Assembly: GCA_045586125.1 (NCBI GenBank)
Contig: JAZMZT010000218.1
Location: 22,006-86,005, forward strand
Length of the DNA: 64,000 bases
Reading direction: 5' to 3'
Source of the DNA: Bacteroidaceae bacterium
GTDB lineage: Bacteria; Bacteroidota; Bacteroidia; Bacteroidales; Bacteroidaceae
The number at the start of each line of letters is the position of its first letter. Within the stretch, counting starts at the first letter, position 1. This document shows, piece after piece, positions 17,701-26,273 of this stretch. Made by a program: the position numbers and the translations under genes. The notes beneath the pieces were generated by a model that ran no database searches, was not told where the DNA came from, and saw only the letters and a list, made by a program, of their open reading frames with translations.

Positions 17701-19632
17701 ACCGCCAAGACCAATGACACTTACACTCAGTCCTTTGAGAACATGGGTTTCTTTGGCTTGACCGATGAGCAGACCGCCACACTCCTTGGTGGAGGTAAAG
17801 AGGCAGAGCAACTCATAGAGCGTCGTGCAAAAGAGATAGAGCAGGTATTACGTAATGCCCGTGAGCACATAGTTGACCTCTACAACCTTGACCCGCAGAG
17901 TGAGGGTGGCCGCATAACCCTTATGAGCATTCTCTTTGGTCCTGACTGGGACCAGGAGGAATCGGAACTCAAGCACGTCTTTGAGATATACGGTGATGAC
18001 ATGCAGGTGTTCTACAACGAACTCCTCAAGTATTCCGATGACTACACCGAGGCCCTCAAACGCGCTCATGACCGCCAGAAAAAGATAATAGACTTCCAAT
18101 GGAAGAATTCAGATACTTTCAAAAGCCTCGATAACCGTCAGCAAGCTCAGACAATATTGGCATCCGGAGTAGGCCAGCACTCTGCCGCAGTTCAAAAGGC
18201 TCAGGATAATGGTACCAATATTCCTCGTTCAGACCAATACGGTACTGGAGCGTTTGTATCCTCTATGGGTGAGGATCCTGAGATTGAGTTATACCGTCTC
18301 AAGATGGAGGCCGCTGCTCGTTACTATGATTTCCTCGCAGAGAATCAGGCCGACGCTCAGACCCTCCTGCAGCAGGAAATAGCCGTACTTGAAACTGAGA
18401 TGGCCTATGTTAAGGCCATATCCTCTCAGATGAAGGAACGCATAGATGATATGTACGCCCTCATGTCACCGGTCGAGGAGTTTGGTTCCGCAGTAGGTGA
18501 GGTCTTTGCAAACATGAATGATGATGCTTATGATTCTCGTAACGCATTCAATTCTGCAATAGAGGAGATGATTAAGGCATTCATGAAACAAACGGTAGAG
18601 ATGGCATCAGAGTACGCCAAACGCCGTATCATGCAGCAAATGAACGACCGTCTCACCTCAAAGGCCATCAAAAAGAATACTGCATCTCTCGTGGGTCTGG
18701 AATCAGAACGTCAGGAGGAGATAACTGAAACAGATGAGCAGGGTGGTGAGGTTCGTCAAGTCCTGACCAATGAAGTTGAAGGTGCTATTGCAAAGAGTAT
18801 GGCAGAGATTGGTCAGCAAGCCGTCGAAAGCCATAAAGCACAAGCCGCTCAAGAGGTACAAGATGAGGCTGCCAAGACCCAAGCCAACACCCTAATGGGA
18901 ATAGCCGGCGGTGCTGCCAAGACCATCGGCTCCCTCGGCTGGTGGGGTATCCCGCTCATAGCCGTCATCACCGCCTTGCTTAACGGCCTGCTCGCCTTCG
19001 CCATGAATAAGGTCTCCTCACTCTTTGGCGGAGGTGGAGGTACGGACAGCAATGCCGCCGGTCCCGCCGTCAAGCTCGCCACCGGTATGCTCACCTATGA
19101 CTCTGGTAACGTACAGGCCTTCCGTGGAGTCATAGACGGCCGCACCTATCCCGTAGTAGGCAGTGATGGCCGTGTCTATGCCGCGCATGATGCCGGTGAA
19201 CTCTCCACCGGACTGGTCAGTGACCCCATCACCACACTCGTCAACGGCCAGCCCGCCCTTGTGGCCGAACGTGGCCCCGAGATGGTCATTGGCCGTGAGA
19301 CCACTGCCGCCATGATGATGAACCGCCCGGATCTGCTCGCCCAGATAGTAGCCCTTGACCGCAACCGCTCCGGTCTCACATACCAGGCTTATGACTCCGG
19401 TAATGTAGCCGCCGTAGCTGCTGCCGCTCCTGCAGGTGATCAGGATACCGTCGCCCTCCGCAGCGTCATAGCACAACTCTCCGCCGTGCTCATCAACCTG
19501 CAGGAGAAAGGCATTCCCGCTCATATCAATCAGTATGGTCGTGGTGGAGTGGTTGATTCCGCTTCTCGTGGTCAGGAATTCATGTCCCAATTCAGCAGTG
19601 ATCCGTTGTACCGTGGTCGCCGCCGACGCTAA
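14791..19632 (+). CDS. tail tape measure protein
   Basis: 1613 aa. Contains the TMP core pattern (IRKVSGLAIEDVNLLTKNLAKIDTRTTIQELNDIAYAGAKLGL...ALSKITEVMG), long coiled-coil stretches and hydrophobic segments. Confidence 0.85.
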   Translation: MDRKTEVVITVNSRQPVAAVRAMKTELDKLNKSYQQLYNSGKAGSAKAKQMKKDIDALTAAVKGCETDMEKVDKVVKNLSSATLTQLRSALKQVEKEMSHTAGNSPKVQELRKKYEALTGQISKLKGEMGLMTNSINGQASAWKTTIHNITTYFGLFQLVSIARDKMQQLFKMNFELSDQIANIRKVSGLAIEDVNLLTKNLAKIDTRTTIQELNDIAYAGAKLGLGKYGIEGLEGFVNAANQVNVALKEDLGADALTALSKITEVMGLIPKMGVERSMLAVGSAMFQLSATSTATSGNIVEFTKRLTGMARTAGITTDQLLAIGSAADAMYLMPEVASTAFSKLINSLQKNHNLIEKALEIEPGTINNLYSTGRTMDALVLIFEKMREKGNMNALQDVFKPLGSEGARLTNVMVTMAQNVDMLKSHLEVSKKAFAEATAVTQEYNIQQETAAALMERASNIWTKAFINPDGVDMVKAFAQEWYNLSLRMTQSETTMQSVRTSLGMIIKAAEVLIRILPLLIRYLMFYGVYAAIAKVVKGFVAMRAAIMAAEGATNKFNAALKKNLIGLAAAALATLITYLLDYTRANRDAAKSLDIIQQTEKEATEASVRERAEIKRLYEATQDLTASQEERLRAATELKSKYPKYFEDLTNEEILAGNAADAYKRLADEIYAVARARAYQDKLQELYEKQIEVEDKIEAQRPIVQAEQSKAAEEQFRLDQERNKRGFIPGYTVGVGMEVDRVVSWDKYNEENAKLKEYEKEKKQIVDDIKKLEEKIRTSGALYVNPDFNGTLDQDAADAGEKAEMRQQLKEAQDQVRAVIDNIKNFYQRQINEVLRTANEQNWDSALVEASTDAITARMNVALSQARKALAGQNNFWSDFKETMVDDMREVADEIGYNESQVLLDSIVNADPDAIRHLIERLSGQLGMVQNAAIDAIWKNSTLNEGANEKAAKKHRDEITRRLLEDNYTAKTNDTYTQSFENMGFFGLTDEQTATLLGGGKEAEQLIERRAKEIEQVLRNAREHIVDLYNLDPQSEGGRITLMSILFGPDWDQEESELKHVFEIYGDDMQVFYNELLKYSDDYTEALKRAHDRQKKIIDFQWKNSDTFKSLDNRQQAQTILASGVGQHSAAVQKAQDNGTNIPRSDQYGTGAFVSSMGEDPEIELYRLKMEAAARYYDFLAENQADAQTLLQQEIAVLETEMAYVKAISSQMKERIDDMYALMSPVEEFGSAVGEVFANMNDDAYDSRNAFNSAIEEMIKAFMKQTVEMASEYAKRRIMQQMNDRLTSKAIKKNTASLVGLESERQEEITETDEQGGEVRQVLTNEVEGAIAKSMAEIGQQAVESHKAQAAQEVQDEAAKTQANTLMGIAGGAAKTIGSLGWWGIPLIAVITALLNGLLAFAMNKVSSLFGGGGGTDSNAAGPAVKLATGMLTYDSGNVQAFRGVIDGRTYPVVGSDGRVYAAHDAGELSTGLVSDPITTLVNGQPALVAERGPEMVIGRETTAAMMMNRPDLLAQIVALDRNRSGLTYQAYDSGNVAAVAAAAPAGDQDTVALRSVIAQLSAVLINLQEKGIPAHINQYGRGGVVDSASRGQEFMSQFSSDPLYRGRRRR

Positions 19633-19657
19633 TAGTCAAACCTAATTCTCACCGCCT

Positions 19658-20767
19658 ATGTATCAGTCAACCCGTCATATCAACCTCAGTGTTCCCCAGT
19701 CGTGGTCCCGATGCAGTCTGCCTGAACTCCGCGCTATCGCCTCCGTCCTCAAAGACCGCGCCTCGGCTGCTGACCGCTACCATCCGTTTGATATGCGTGA
19801 TGTCAAGATAGCCGCGTTCTTTCTCCTGGCAGGCATAGAGATAGTTGAACCTCTCAACCCCCGCGTCCCTGTCGAGGAGCAGTACTACACCGTCCGTCTC
19901 CGTCCTTATACGCTCGATCAGTGGGATAGTCGTCGTTTCTGGTGCCGCCTCTTACGTTTACGTGACCGTATAGCCCGTTTCTTTGGCCATGACGATACTT
20001 TCTCGCTCTACCTGTGGCAAGTATCATCGTGGCTTTTTCCGCCCGCACAGCCAGGCAAACAAAAGGAACCGGGCCTCTTGGATTGGCTTGACCAGACCCA
20101 AGGTGAGGCCCTCCTCATCTTCCCTCTCCGTCAGATTCGTCGCCGTCGTCACCGCATAGGCCGTAGCATCACCTTCTCAGGCCCCGCACCCCTAATGGAC
20201 GGCTTTACATGGCAGCGTTACCGCTGGGCACAAGACTATATAGAGAACTGCCGCAACCTTGAGAACCGCTACATCCAACTTGTAGCACAAGGCTCAAAGG
20301 TCTCTTTGGCCGATATCCAGAAAGCCCGCTCTCATGCCGATATGGCCCGCGCACTCTTTCTTGCAACCCTCTTTGAGCGTCGCATCACCTATGTCAATCC
20401 TGACACTGGCCGTACTGAGACTGATTTCCACTATCAGTCCAACCAGCATACAGATAACAGTCCGTGGTTCCGCCATTTCCCCGATGAGGACTGGCAGATC
20501 ATCACACTCTGGTGGGAGAGCACCATGCACTACCTGGCCCGCACCTATCCCAAGGTGTTCAAAACCCAATCCGTCAAGCCCGGACGTAAGCGTACCAACC
20601 CTATGGAACTCTACACCCGTACCACCAGCACGCTTGAGAAATATCTCGGCCTCTCCGCCCAGCAGATAGACCGTGAACCATACACCACCGTCCTCCAGCA
20701 GCTTGAAAACATCTCCCGTGAGGCTGAGGAAATGGAACGTATCCGCAACAGAAACAAACGTAAATAA
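19658..20767 (+). CDS. hypothetical protein
   Basis: ORF track, 369 aa. No motif recognised. Confidence 0.55.
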   Translation: MYQSTRHINLSVPQSWSRCSLPELRAIASVLKDRASAADRYHPFDMRDVKIAAFFLLAGIEIVEPLNPRVPVEEQYYTVRLRPYTLDQWDSRRFWCRLLRLRDRIARFFGHDDTFSLYLWQVSSWLFPPAQPGKQKEPGLLDWLDQTQGEALLIFPLRQIRRRRHRIGRSITFSGPAPLMDGFTWQRYRWAQDYIENCRNLENRYIQLVAQGSKVSLADIQKARSHADMARALFLATLFERRITYVNPDTGRTETDFHYQSNQHTDNSPWFRHFPDEDWQIITLWWESTMHYLARTYPKVFKTQSVKPGRKRTNPMELYTRTTSTLEKYLGLSAQQIDREPYTTVLQQLENISREAEEMERIRNRNKRK

Positions 20768-20779
20768 ACCCCGCTGACT

Positions 20780-21043
20780 ATGGAAGAAAAGTTATTACCG
20801 CTAATCATTGAACTCATGAGGTCGCGTTTTGACAACTTTGACCGCATGACCGCTCAACTGACCATCACTCTTGACACCACCTTTGCTCAGGATCTCCGCA
20901 TGGAATCCATAGATATGGTTGACCTCATGATTGCTGTCGATACCGCCTTTGGTATAGACTCTCGTCAGGCCGATATCCACGCCTTCCAGACTATAGGTGA
21001 TTTGGCCCGTTACATCCTCTCCCTTAACCCCGGTGTAGTATGA
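20780..21043 (+). CDS. acyl carrier protein-like
   Basis: 87 aa. FAQDLRMESIDMVDLMIAVDTAFGI matches the ACP phosphopantetheine-attachment pattern (D-L-x-x-[DE]-S-[LI]-D-x-V-[DE]-L). Its stop overlaps the KAS start (ATGA). Confidence 0.65.
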   Translation: MEEKLLPLIIELMRSRFDNFDRMTAQLTITLDTTFAQDLRMESIDMVDLMIAVDTAFGIDSRQADIHAFQTIGDLARYILSLNPGVV

Positions 21044-22254
21044 ACGGCACAGTCATCACCGGCATGGGCATCTGGTCCTGCATAGGCCAGAATTGTGCCT
21101 CTGTGGCGGAATCTCTCCGCGCAGGCAAGAGCGGCATTGGTCTTGACCATCACCGCACAGAACTCGGTTATCAGTCTCCGCTTACAGGTATCGTCCCGTT
21201 CCCGGACCTCTCGGATTCAGACCTCTCCAACTCACAGCGTCAGTCACTCTCTGAACCCTCCGCCTACGCCTATATGGCCGTCCGTGAGGCCTTGGAGATG
21301 AGCGGCCTTAGTGACCTCTCCCGCTGCGGCCTTATCGTCAGCAATGACAGCACTGCTGCTGAGTTTCACCGGGCCGAGGATATCATGCGCTCCCGTCAGG
21401 ACTCCCGCCTCCTGGGTGCCTATCAGGTGTTCCGCTCACTCAACTCCACTGTCTCGCTCACGCTCTCATCTATCTTTGGCATCGGTGGTCTCTCCGTCAC
21501 CGTCAGTGCGGCCTGTGCCGGCGGTGGTCATGCCGTAGGTATAGCGCATAGCCTCATCCAGAGTGGCATACTTGACTGCTGCATAGTGGTCGGAGCGCAA
21601 GAGTGTAACCCCTTCGCGTTTCTGGGGGTCGATGGTATGGGGCTCATCTCCCGTCGCGCCGATGATCCCTCCGCCGCATCTCGTCCTTTTGACCGCCTCC
21701 GTGACGGTCTGGTGCCGTCGGGTGGGGCAGCGGCCCTGATACTGGAGTCAGAGTCCCGTGCCCGCGCACGTCTGGGCAGTATCATAGGTTATTCGTTCTC
21801 CACGTCACCCAGTTACATCACGCCTAAGAGCAACGTCATTCTTGACACTATGACCTGTGCCTGGCAGTCATGCCGTATATCAGTCCTCTACCAAGGCCTG
21901 TCACTTATAATGTCGCACGCCACCTCTACACGTGAAGGTGATACGGCCGAGGCTCAGGCCATACGCCAGTTCCTTGACAGTGAGCATTTCTTTGGCCGTA
22001 CCAAGCCGTATATAGCAGCCACAAAGTCTCTCACCGGCCATGAGTGTTGGATGTCCGGAGTATCACAGATCATCTACGCCATAATCATGAAACAGGGAGG
22101 CTTTGTCTTACCGCACGCATATCTCACTAATCCGGATTCCGCAATAGAAGGCCTCAAGATACCGCTTACTGAGGTTGAGGCAACCATCACCAACGTCCTC
22201 TGTAACTCATTCGGATTCGGTGGAACTAACGCCTGCATAGTCCTGAGTGACTGA
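21040..22254 (+). CDS. beta-ketoacyl-ACP synthase (FabF/FabB-like, Cys-His-His type)
   Basis: VITGMGIWSCIG opening; active-site Cys in VSAACAGGGHAVG; His motifs SHATSTREGD and KSLTGHECWMSG; C-terminal NSFGFGGTNACIVL. Confidence 0.85.
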   Translation: MNGTVITGMGIWSCIGQNCASVAESLRAGKSGIGLDHHRTELGYQSPLTGIVPFPDLSDSDLSNSQRQSLSEPSAYAYMAVREALEMSGLSDLSRCGLIVSNDSTAAEFHRAEDIMRSRQDSRLLGAYQVFRSLNSTVSLTLSSIFGIGGLSVTVSAACAGGGHAVGIAHSLIQSGILDCCIVVGAQECNPFAFLGVDGMGLISRRADDPSAASRPFDRLRDGLVPSGGAAALILESESRARARLGSIIGYSFSTSPSYITPKSNVILDTMTCAWQSCRISVLYQGLSLIMSHATSTREGDTAEAQAIRQFLDSEHFFGRTKPYIAATKSLTGHECWMSGVSQIIYAIIMKQGGFVLPHAYLTNPDSAIEGLKIPLTEVEATITNVLCNSFGFGGTNACIVLSD

Positions 22255-23104
22255 TTTCATATCCGTCCACCGTCACGCAGGTACAGCCATTTCTTTTACG
22301 CACTCCCCTCGTATTCACTCCCAGTCCGCGTTTGAGCGTATCCTTCGCTCTCGCGGACTTGTCATTTTGAATATTTCCGCACGCCCCGCGTTTAACATTT
22401 CACGCAGGTTCGTGCCATTTCACACCCTCCCTTCCGTATGGCAAAGGAAATTTGAAAGTTGAACCACTTTCAATTCATCCTTGACCTAACTCGCTGAGTA
22501 AAGGTAATTTCACGCACGCGCCAGCACCTTCAAGGATAAAATCGGGAATTTCTCAAACCTTACTATATTTTTTGCGTTTTTTCTGCCACCTTTCCCCGCT
22601 CCTTTAAATTTATTGTATAATTAATATCAAAGTTCCACTTTGTCTTTTGATTATAAGTACTTTATGGGGAGAGGGGAGAGGAAGCAAGACGTGGCGTTGT
22701 GGTCCAGATTCGGGTATATTACCCTCTAAGTTTTTTCTTCCTGCGCGTATATAGTTTTTTCAAAAAAGGGTAAAAATAACTTTTTACCTATTCTTTGTGT
22801 TAATTATCAATAGGTTAAGACCATTTCAAAACGTCTTTTTGACAACTTTTTCCATCTTTCGCCAACTTTTTACCCCAAAACCATCACAGCACACTGATGG
22901 AGTAGGGGTGCTCAAAAAGTTATTTTGCCCGTTTCAGGGAGATTTTTTCCTCAGCCCTTCTAAAACGTCTTTTTTATACTTCACCTCTGTCCGCCCTGTT
23001 TTGCAAATGTTAAATCTGATATGAACTATAATCTTTTTCAAAATTTCGTTTTGTAAATACGATATTAACTCTTACTTTTGCTCCCATAACAAACCTCATC
23101 TATT
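22255..23104. other. 850-nt noncoding, repeat-rich region (candidate origin or regulatory hub)
   Basis: No convincing ORF. It has an imperfect ~45-nt direct repeat (22270.. and 22397.., CACGCAGGT..GCCATTTC..), a repeated AAAACGTCTTTTT (about 22829 and 22960), tandem CAACTTTTT, and many A/T runs. Confidence 0.5.
23073..23080 (+). promoter_or_regulatory. Bacteroidota-type -7 promoter box (TACTTTTG)
   Basis: TAnnTTTG match 25 nt upstream of the ATG at 23105. Confidence 0.45.
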
Positions 23105-23557
23105 ATGAAATATTATTTCGGTACCTACTTTATTGCACTGGGCATCATTCTGTTGGGTCTCATGGCTATGGTGTTCCATTTCACACCGCCGTTTTATCAG
23201 GCAGCAGTTTTCGGAGCATCCTCAGCGTTCCTTTTCGGCTGGGTCATACCTTGCGCATCTTACTTCACAGATAAGGAGCCTGAGCGTGATCGCGTATGGT
23301 ACCTCTCCATGTTCAACAAACGCTATCCCAGTGAGGTTTTGATTCAGGTCCTCATCTGTGTCATCTGCTTTGTCTTATATAAGGTAGGATTTCTGCCTCG
23401 TTTCAACTGTTTTCTTATGCCTATCGCCGGCATGATACTCATTACCTATCTCTTTGAGTGGTTCTGGGTACGCTGCATAGTCCGTAAGGATCAGACAGAC
23501 CTTACCAAGTCGGCGGAACAGACAGAGCAACCTGAACAAAAAGACCCATCAGAGTAA
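23105..23557 (+). CDS. integral membrane protein (about 4 TM segments)
   Basis: ORF track, 150 aa, with four long hydrophobic stretches. Confidence 0.6.
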   Translation: MKYYFGTYFIALGIILLGLMAMVFHFTPPFYQAAVFGASSAFLFGWVIPCASYFTDKEPERDRVWYLSMFNKRYPSEVLIQVLICVICFVLYKVGFLPRFNCFLMPIAGMILITYLFEWFWVRCIVRKDQTDLTKSAEQTEQPEQKDPSE

Positions 23558-23602
23558 CACCACACTTTACACCCCATAACCCATAACCTAATTCAGACTG
23601 TA

Positions 23603-24001
23603 ATGACTAAGAGAAAAAAACAAACCATTCAAAAGATAGTAGAGACCGGTCCCCGTCACGCCCGTCAGGCCGCGTTTGATGCTATGGTCGCGCAAGAGCA
23701 GGAAAAACAGCAGCACGTCATAACTCACTACACCTGCCAGTTAGTACAATCTTTTAAGGTCGAGGGTCTCAATACCCCCACCATCCTCAGCACATTGTTT
23801 TCTACCATGCTCTATTTCCTGAGCGAGGATCAGTCTAAGGATAAGACCCGCTCCATGGAGGATTACTTCCAGCCGGAACTTGAACGTTTCCGCACTAACC
23901 TCGCAGAACGCATGTCCGCCATTCGTAGTGGAGAAATCGTCTTTGACCCCATTCCTCTCCCTGCAGACCCCGACGCATTGGAGAAAGAACGCCCAAACTA
24001 A
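23603..24001 (+). CDS. hypothetical protein
   Basis: ORF track, 132 aa. Confidence 0.55.
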   Translation: MTKRKKQTIQKIVETGPRHARQAAFDAMVAQEQEKQQHVITHYTCQLVQSFKVEGLNTPTILSTLFSTMLYFLSEDQSKDKTRSMEDYFQPELERFRTNLAERMSAIRSGEIVFDPIPLPADPDALEKERPN

Positions 24002-24008
24002 TACCGGT

Positions 24009-25004
24009 ATGGCTGACCTCTTTGACGTACAATGCAGCATCTACGCCGATGCCAAGGATAACAGTGGCCGTTTCATAGACCGCGCCACCGGTGTCCCCCT
24101 GCAGGCCATGACCATCCGTGACTTCTGTCTCACGGAGCGTTGGCGGCCCGTAGTGGAGCAGCTACGCGCATTGGTCGCTGAGTACGGAGCAGAGCAGGCC
24201 AAAGCCCGTGATGATTACAGCCGCCTCAAGCATTTCCTTCCAGGTGCCACCCTCTCCGGTCTGTTCGGATTGTCTGAGGAGTATAACGATAAACTCCAGC
24301 GCAACGTCCTCGTCTCCCGTCGCACCTCACACCTCCTGCAGCATACCGGATTCCTCTGCATAGACATAGACCGTCAGGATAACACCTCCCTCTCCTCAAT
24401 GGACCTCATCCTGCGTGTCCTCCGTCATCGCCCCGAGGTTGCCCTTATCATGCGTTCCTGCTCCGGTACCGGCTACTTTGCCCTCATACCTCTGGCGTAT
24501 CCCAAATACCATAAGGAGCAGTTTAAAGCCCTCATGCGTGAATACACCGCCCTTGGTGTCAAGATAGACCGCCAGTGTAGTGATATAACCCGCATCCGTT
24601 TCGCCTCCTATGACAGCAATCCCTATATTAATCCCAATGCTATTCCATATTCCGGAATAGATATGGGTGATCAGATGCTCGCTCCACGCGCCGCCGTCTA
24701 TACACCCCGTGTCGAGACCCCCGATGATCTTGTAACCCGCGTAGAAAAACTCGTATGCAAGCTGGAGCAGCATCACATAGATATCACCAGCAGCTACGGT
24801 GACTGGATGCGTGTCGGATTCTCCCTGGCTAATCTCCAGGAACCCTACGGCCGTCAGTTCTTTCACCGCGTCAGTGCCATCTGTGAGAAGTATAACGCCA
24901 CCATCTGTGATAAGAAGTTTGATGACCTCCAGTCGCCCAGCCGCATAGGCATCGGCACCTTCTTTGCCATCTGCAAGGATTATGGCGTTACGCTCAGGAG
25001 TTAA
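24009..25004 (+). CDS. VirE/BT4734-like primase-type N-terminal domain protein
   Basis: KHFLPGATLSGLF...RRTSHLLQHTGFLCIDIDRQDN fits the Bacteroides BT4734/VirE N-terminal pattern (LP..t.sG.F...R....l..htG...iDiD). The ORF track starts at 23880, but the ATG at 24009 avoids overlap with the upstream gene. Confidence 0.55.
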   Translation: MADLFDVQCSIYADAKDNSGRFIDRATGVPLQAMTIRDFCLTERWRPVVEQLRALVAEYGAEQAKARDDYSRLKHFLPGATLSGLFGLSEEYNDKLQRNVLVSRRTSHLLQHTGFLCIDIDRQDNTSLSSMDLILRVLRHRPEVALIMRSCSGTGYFALIPLAYPKYHKEQFKALMREYTALGVKIDRQCSDITRIRFASYDSNPYINPNAIPYSGIDMGDQMLAPRAAVYTPRVETPDDLVTRVEKLVCKLEQHHIDITSSYGDWMRVGFSLANLQEPYGRQFFHRVSAICEKYNATICDKKFDDLQSPSRIGIGTFFAICKDYGVTLRS

Positions 25005-25027
25005 TTATTAACCGTCAACTGTTGATT

Positions 25028-25328
25028 ATGAGAAATTACCCCCCCCCATACAAGCCCCCAAACGCTCCGCTCTCGTGTTGCTGCGTTCGTCAGAACAGTG
25101 GTTCTCCGCATTGATGTCTATGTGCCGTTTCCTGGCTCTCGTACAGAGGAACGCTTTTATGGTACCGTCCATCACCGCTGCAACCAAGTCTATGACCGCT
25201 CTCTCGGTAACTGGGTTGCCCATCTTGACGGAGAGGATGCACTCCATAGTATCGTCTGCCAACGCTTTCCGTCGCTTGAACGTAAACCTTTTACGGTCCG
25301 ATTCAACGGAGGCCTCGTCACTTACTGA
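25028..25328 (+). CDS. small hypothetical protein, 5' end frame-broken at a C9 tract
   Basis: ATG 25028 (MRNY) runs into the C9 tract. The protein-like frame (VLRIDVYVPFPGSRTEERFYGTVHHRCNQVY..., track ORF 25098..25328) is reached from that ATG only if the tract has 8 C. As sequenced, the start would be GTG 25098. Confidence 0.4.
25039..25047 (+). repeat. C9 homopolymer tract T3 (GAAATTA-C9-A)
   Basis: Counted directly: atgaGAAATTACCCCCCCCCAtac. Confidence 0.9.
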
Positions 25329-25388
25329 GACTTTGTATAATAAAGATTATGTTAAATAGATAAATTCTTCCGCCCTACTGACCGCCGT

Positions 25389-26273
25389 ATGAGACTAATC
25401 TACCAACCCCAAGGCCGAGCCGCAGAGTACTCCCGCTATGCCGTCAATTTCTACAATGGCTGCACCAACCAGTGTACCTATTGCTACAACCGTCATTGCT
25501 CCGCATATAAGCTGCTGGGCAAACCGCAGGTAACGCTACGTGCAGGTTTTGACAATGACCCCCTCAAGGTCTATCGCGCCTTTGAGAAAGACATAGAGCA
25601 ACTCCGTTCAGAGTACCGCAATCTTGCAGACTGGAACCCCTTACAGCCCTTTGAGGTCGGTGAATTCGTTCATAACGGCCTCTTCTTTAACTTCGTCTCA
25701 GATCCATGCCTCCCGGAGACCATCGGTCTTAACTTTGCATGTATCAACCACGCGCTCTGCTCCGGTGTACCATGCTCCGTCCTTACCAAACGGGCCGATT
25801 TCATGACCATACCATCCGAGCGTTTCGCATGGTTCCACTCCAACCTTGGTGGCAGCATCAAAAAGGATATCCCCATAGAGCAGTTCTTTACCACCAACCG
25901 CCACCTGCTTACCATCGGCATGAGCCTCACTGGTTTTGATGATCAGGAACCCAACGCCTCCAGTACCTTGCAGCGTATCATGGCCCTCAAGCGTTTACAT
26001 CGTGCCGGCTTCCGTACCTGGGTCAGCTTTGAACCCGTCATAGACCCCGAGCGCACCTTTGACCTCTTCGGTCTGGTCTATGACTGCACAGACCTCTTCC
26101 GCATAGGCCTCCTCAATGGTAGCACTCGCCAGTACTATCCCAAAGATGTCCGTCTCCTCTATGACCGTATAGAGTATTGTAACCGTATGGACTCCCGTAA
26201 ACCAATCTTCTGGAAACACACCGTCACTGACCTCCTCGGTGTTCCTTCATGCACAGACTATTCCGCTAAATGA
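25389..26273 (+). CDS. radical SAM domain protein
   Basis: N-terminal NGCTNQCTYCYN is a CxxxCxxC radical-SAM cluster motif in the usual position. 294 aa. The stop overlaps the next gene (ATGA). Confidence 0.65.
   Translation: MRLIYQPQGRAAEYSRYAVNFYNGCTNQCTYCYNRHCSAYKLLGKPQVTLRAGFDNDPLKVYRAFEKDIEQLRSEYRNLADWNPLQPFEVGEFVHNGLFFNFVSDPCLPETIGLNFACINHALCSGVPCSVLTKRADFMTIPSERFAWFHSNLGGSIKKDIPIEQFFTTNRHLLTIGMSLTGFDDQEPNASSTLQRIMALKRLHRAGFRTWVSFEPVIDPERTFDLFGLVYDCTDLFRIGLLNGSTRQYYPKDVRLLYDRIEYCNRMDSRKPIFWKHTVTDLLGVPSCTDYSAK

Noticed and set aside
22247-23024. Short ORFs 22247..22462 and 22797..23024 in the large noncoding region
   Set aside because: They have low-complexity, F/S/R-rich translations and alternative start codons. 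They overlap the direct repeats and A/T runs, so the region is treated as noncoding.
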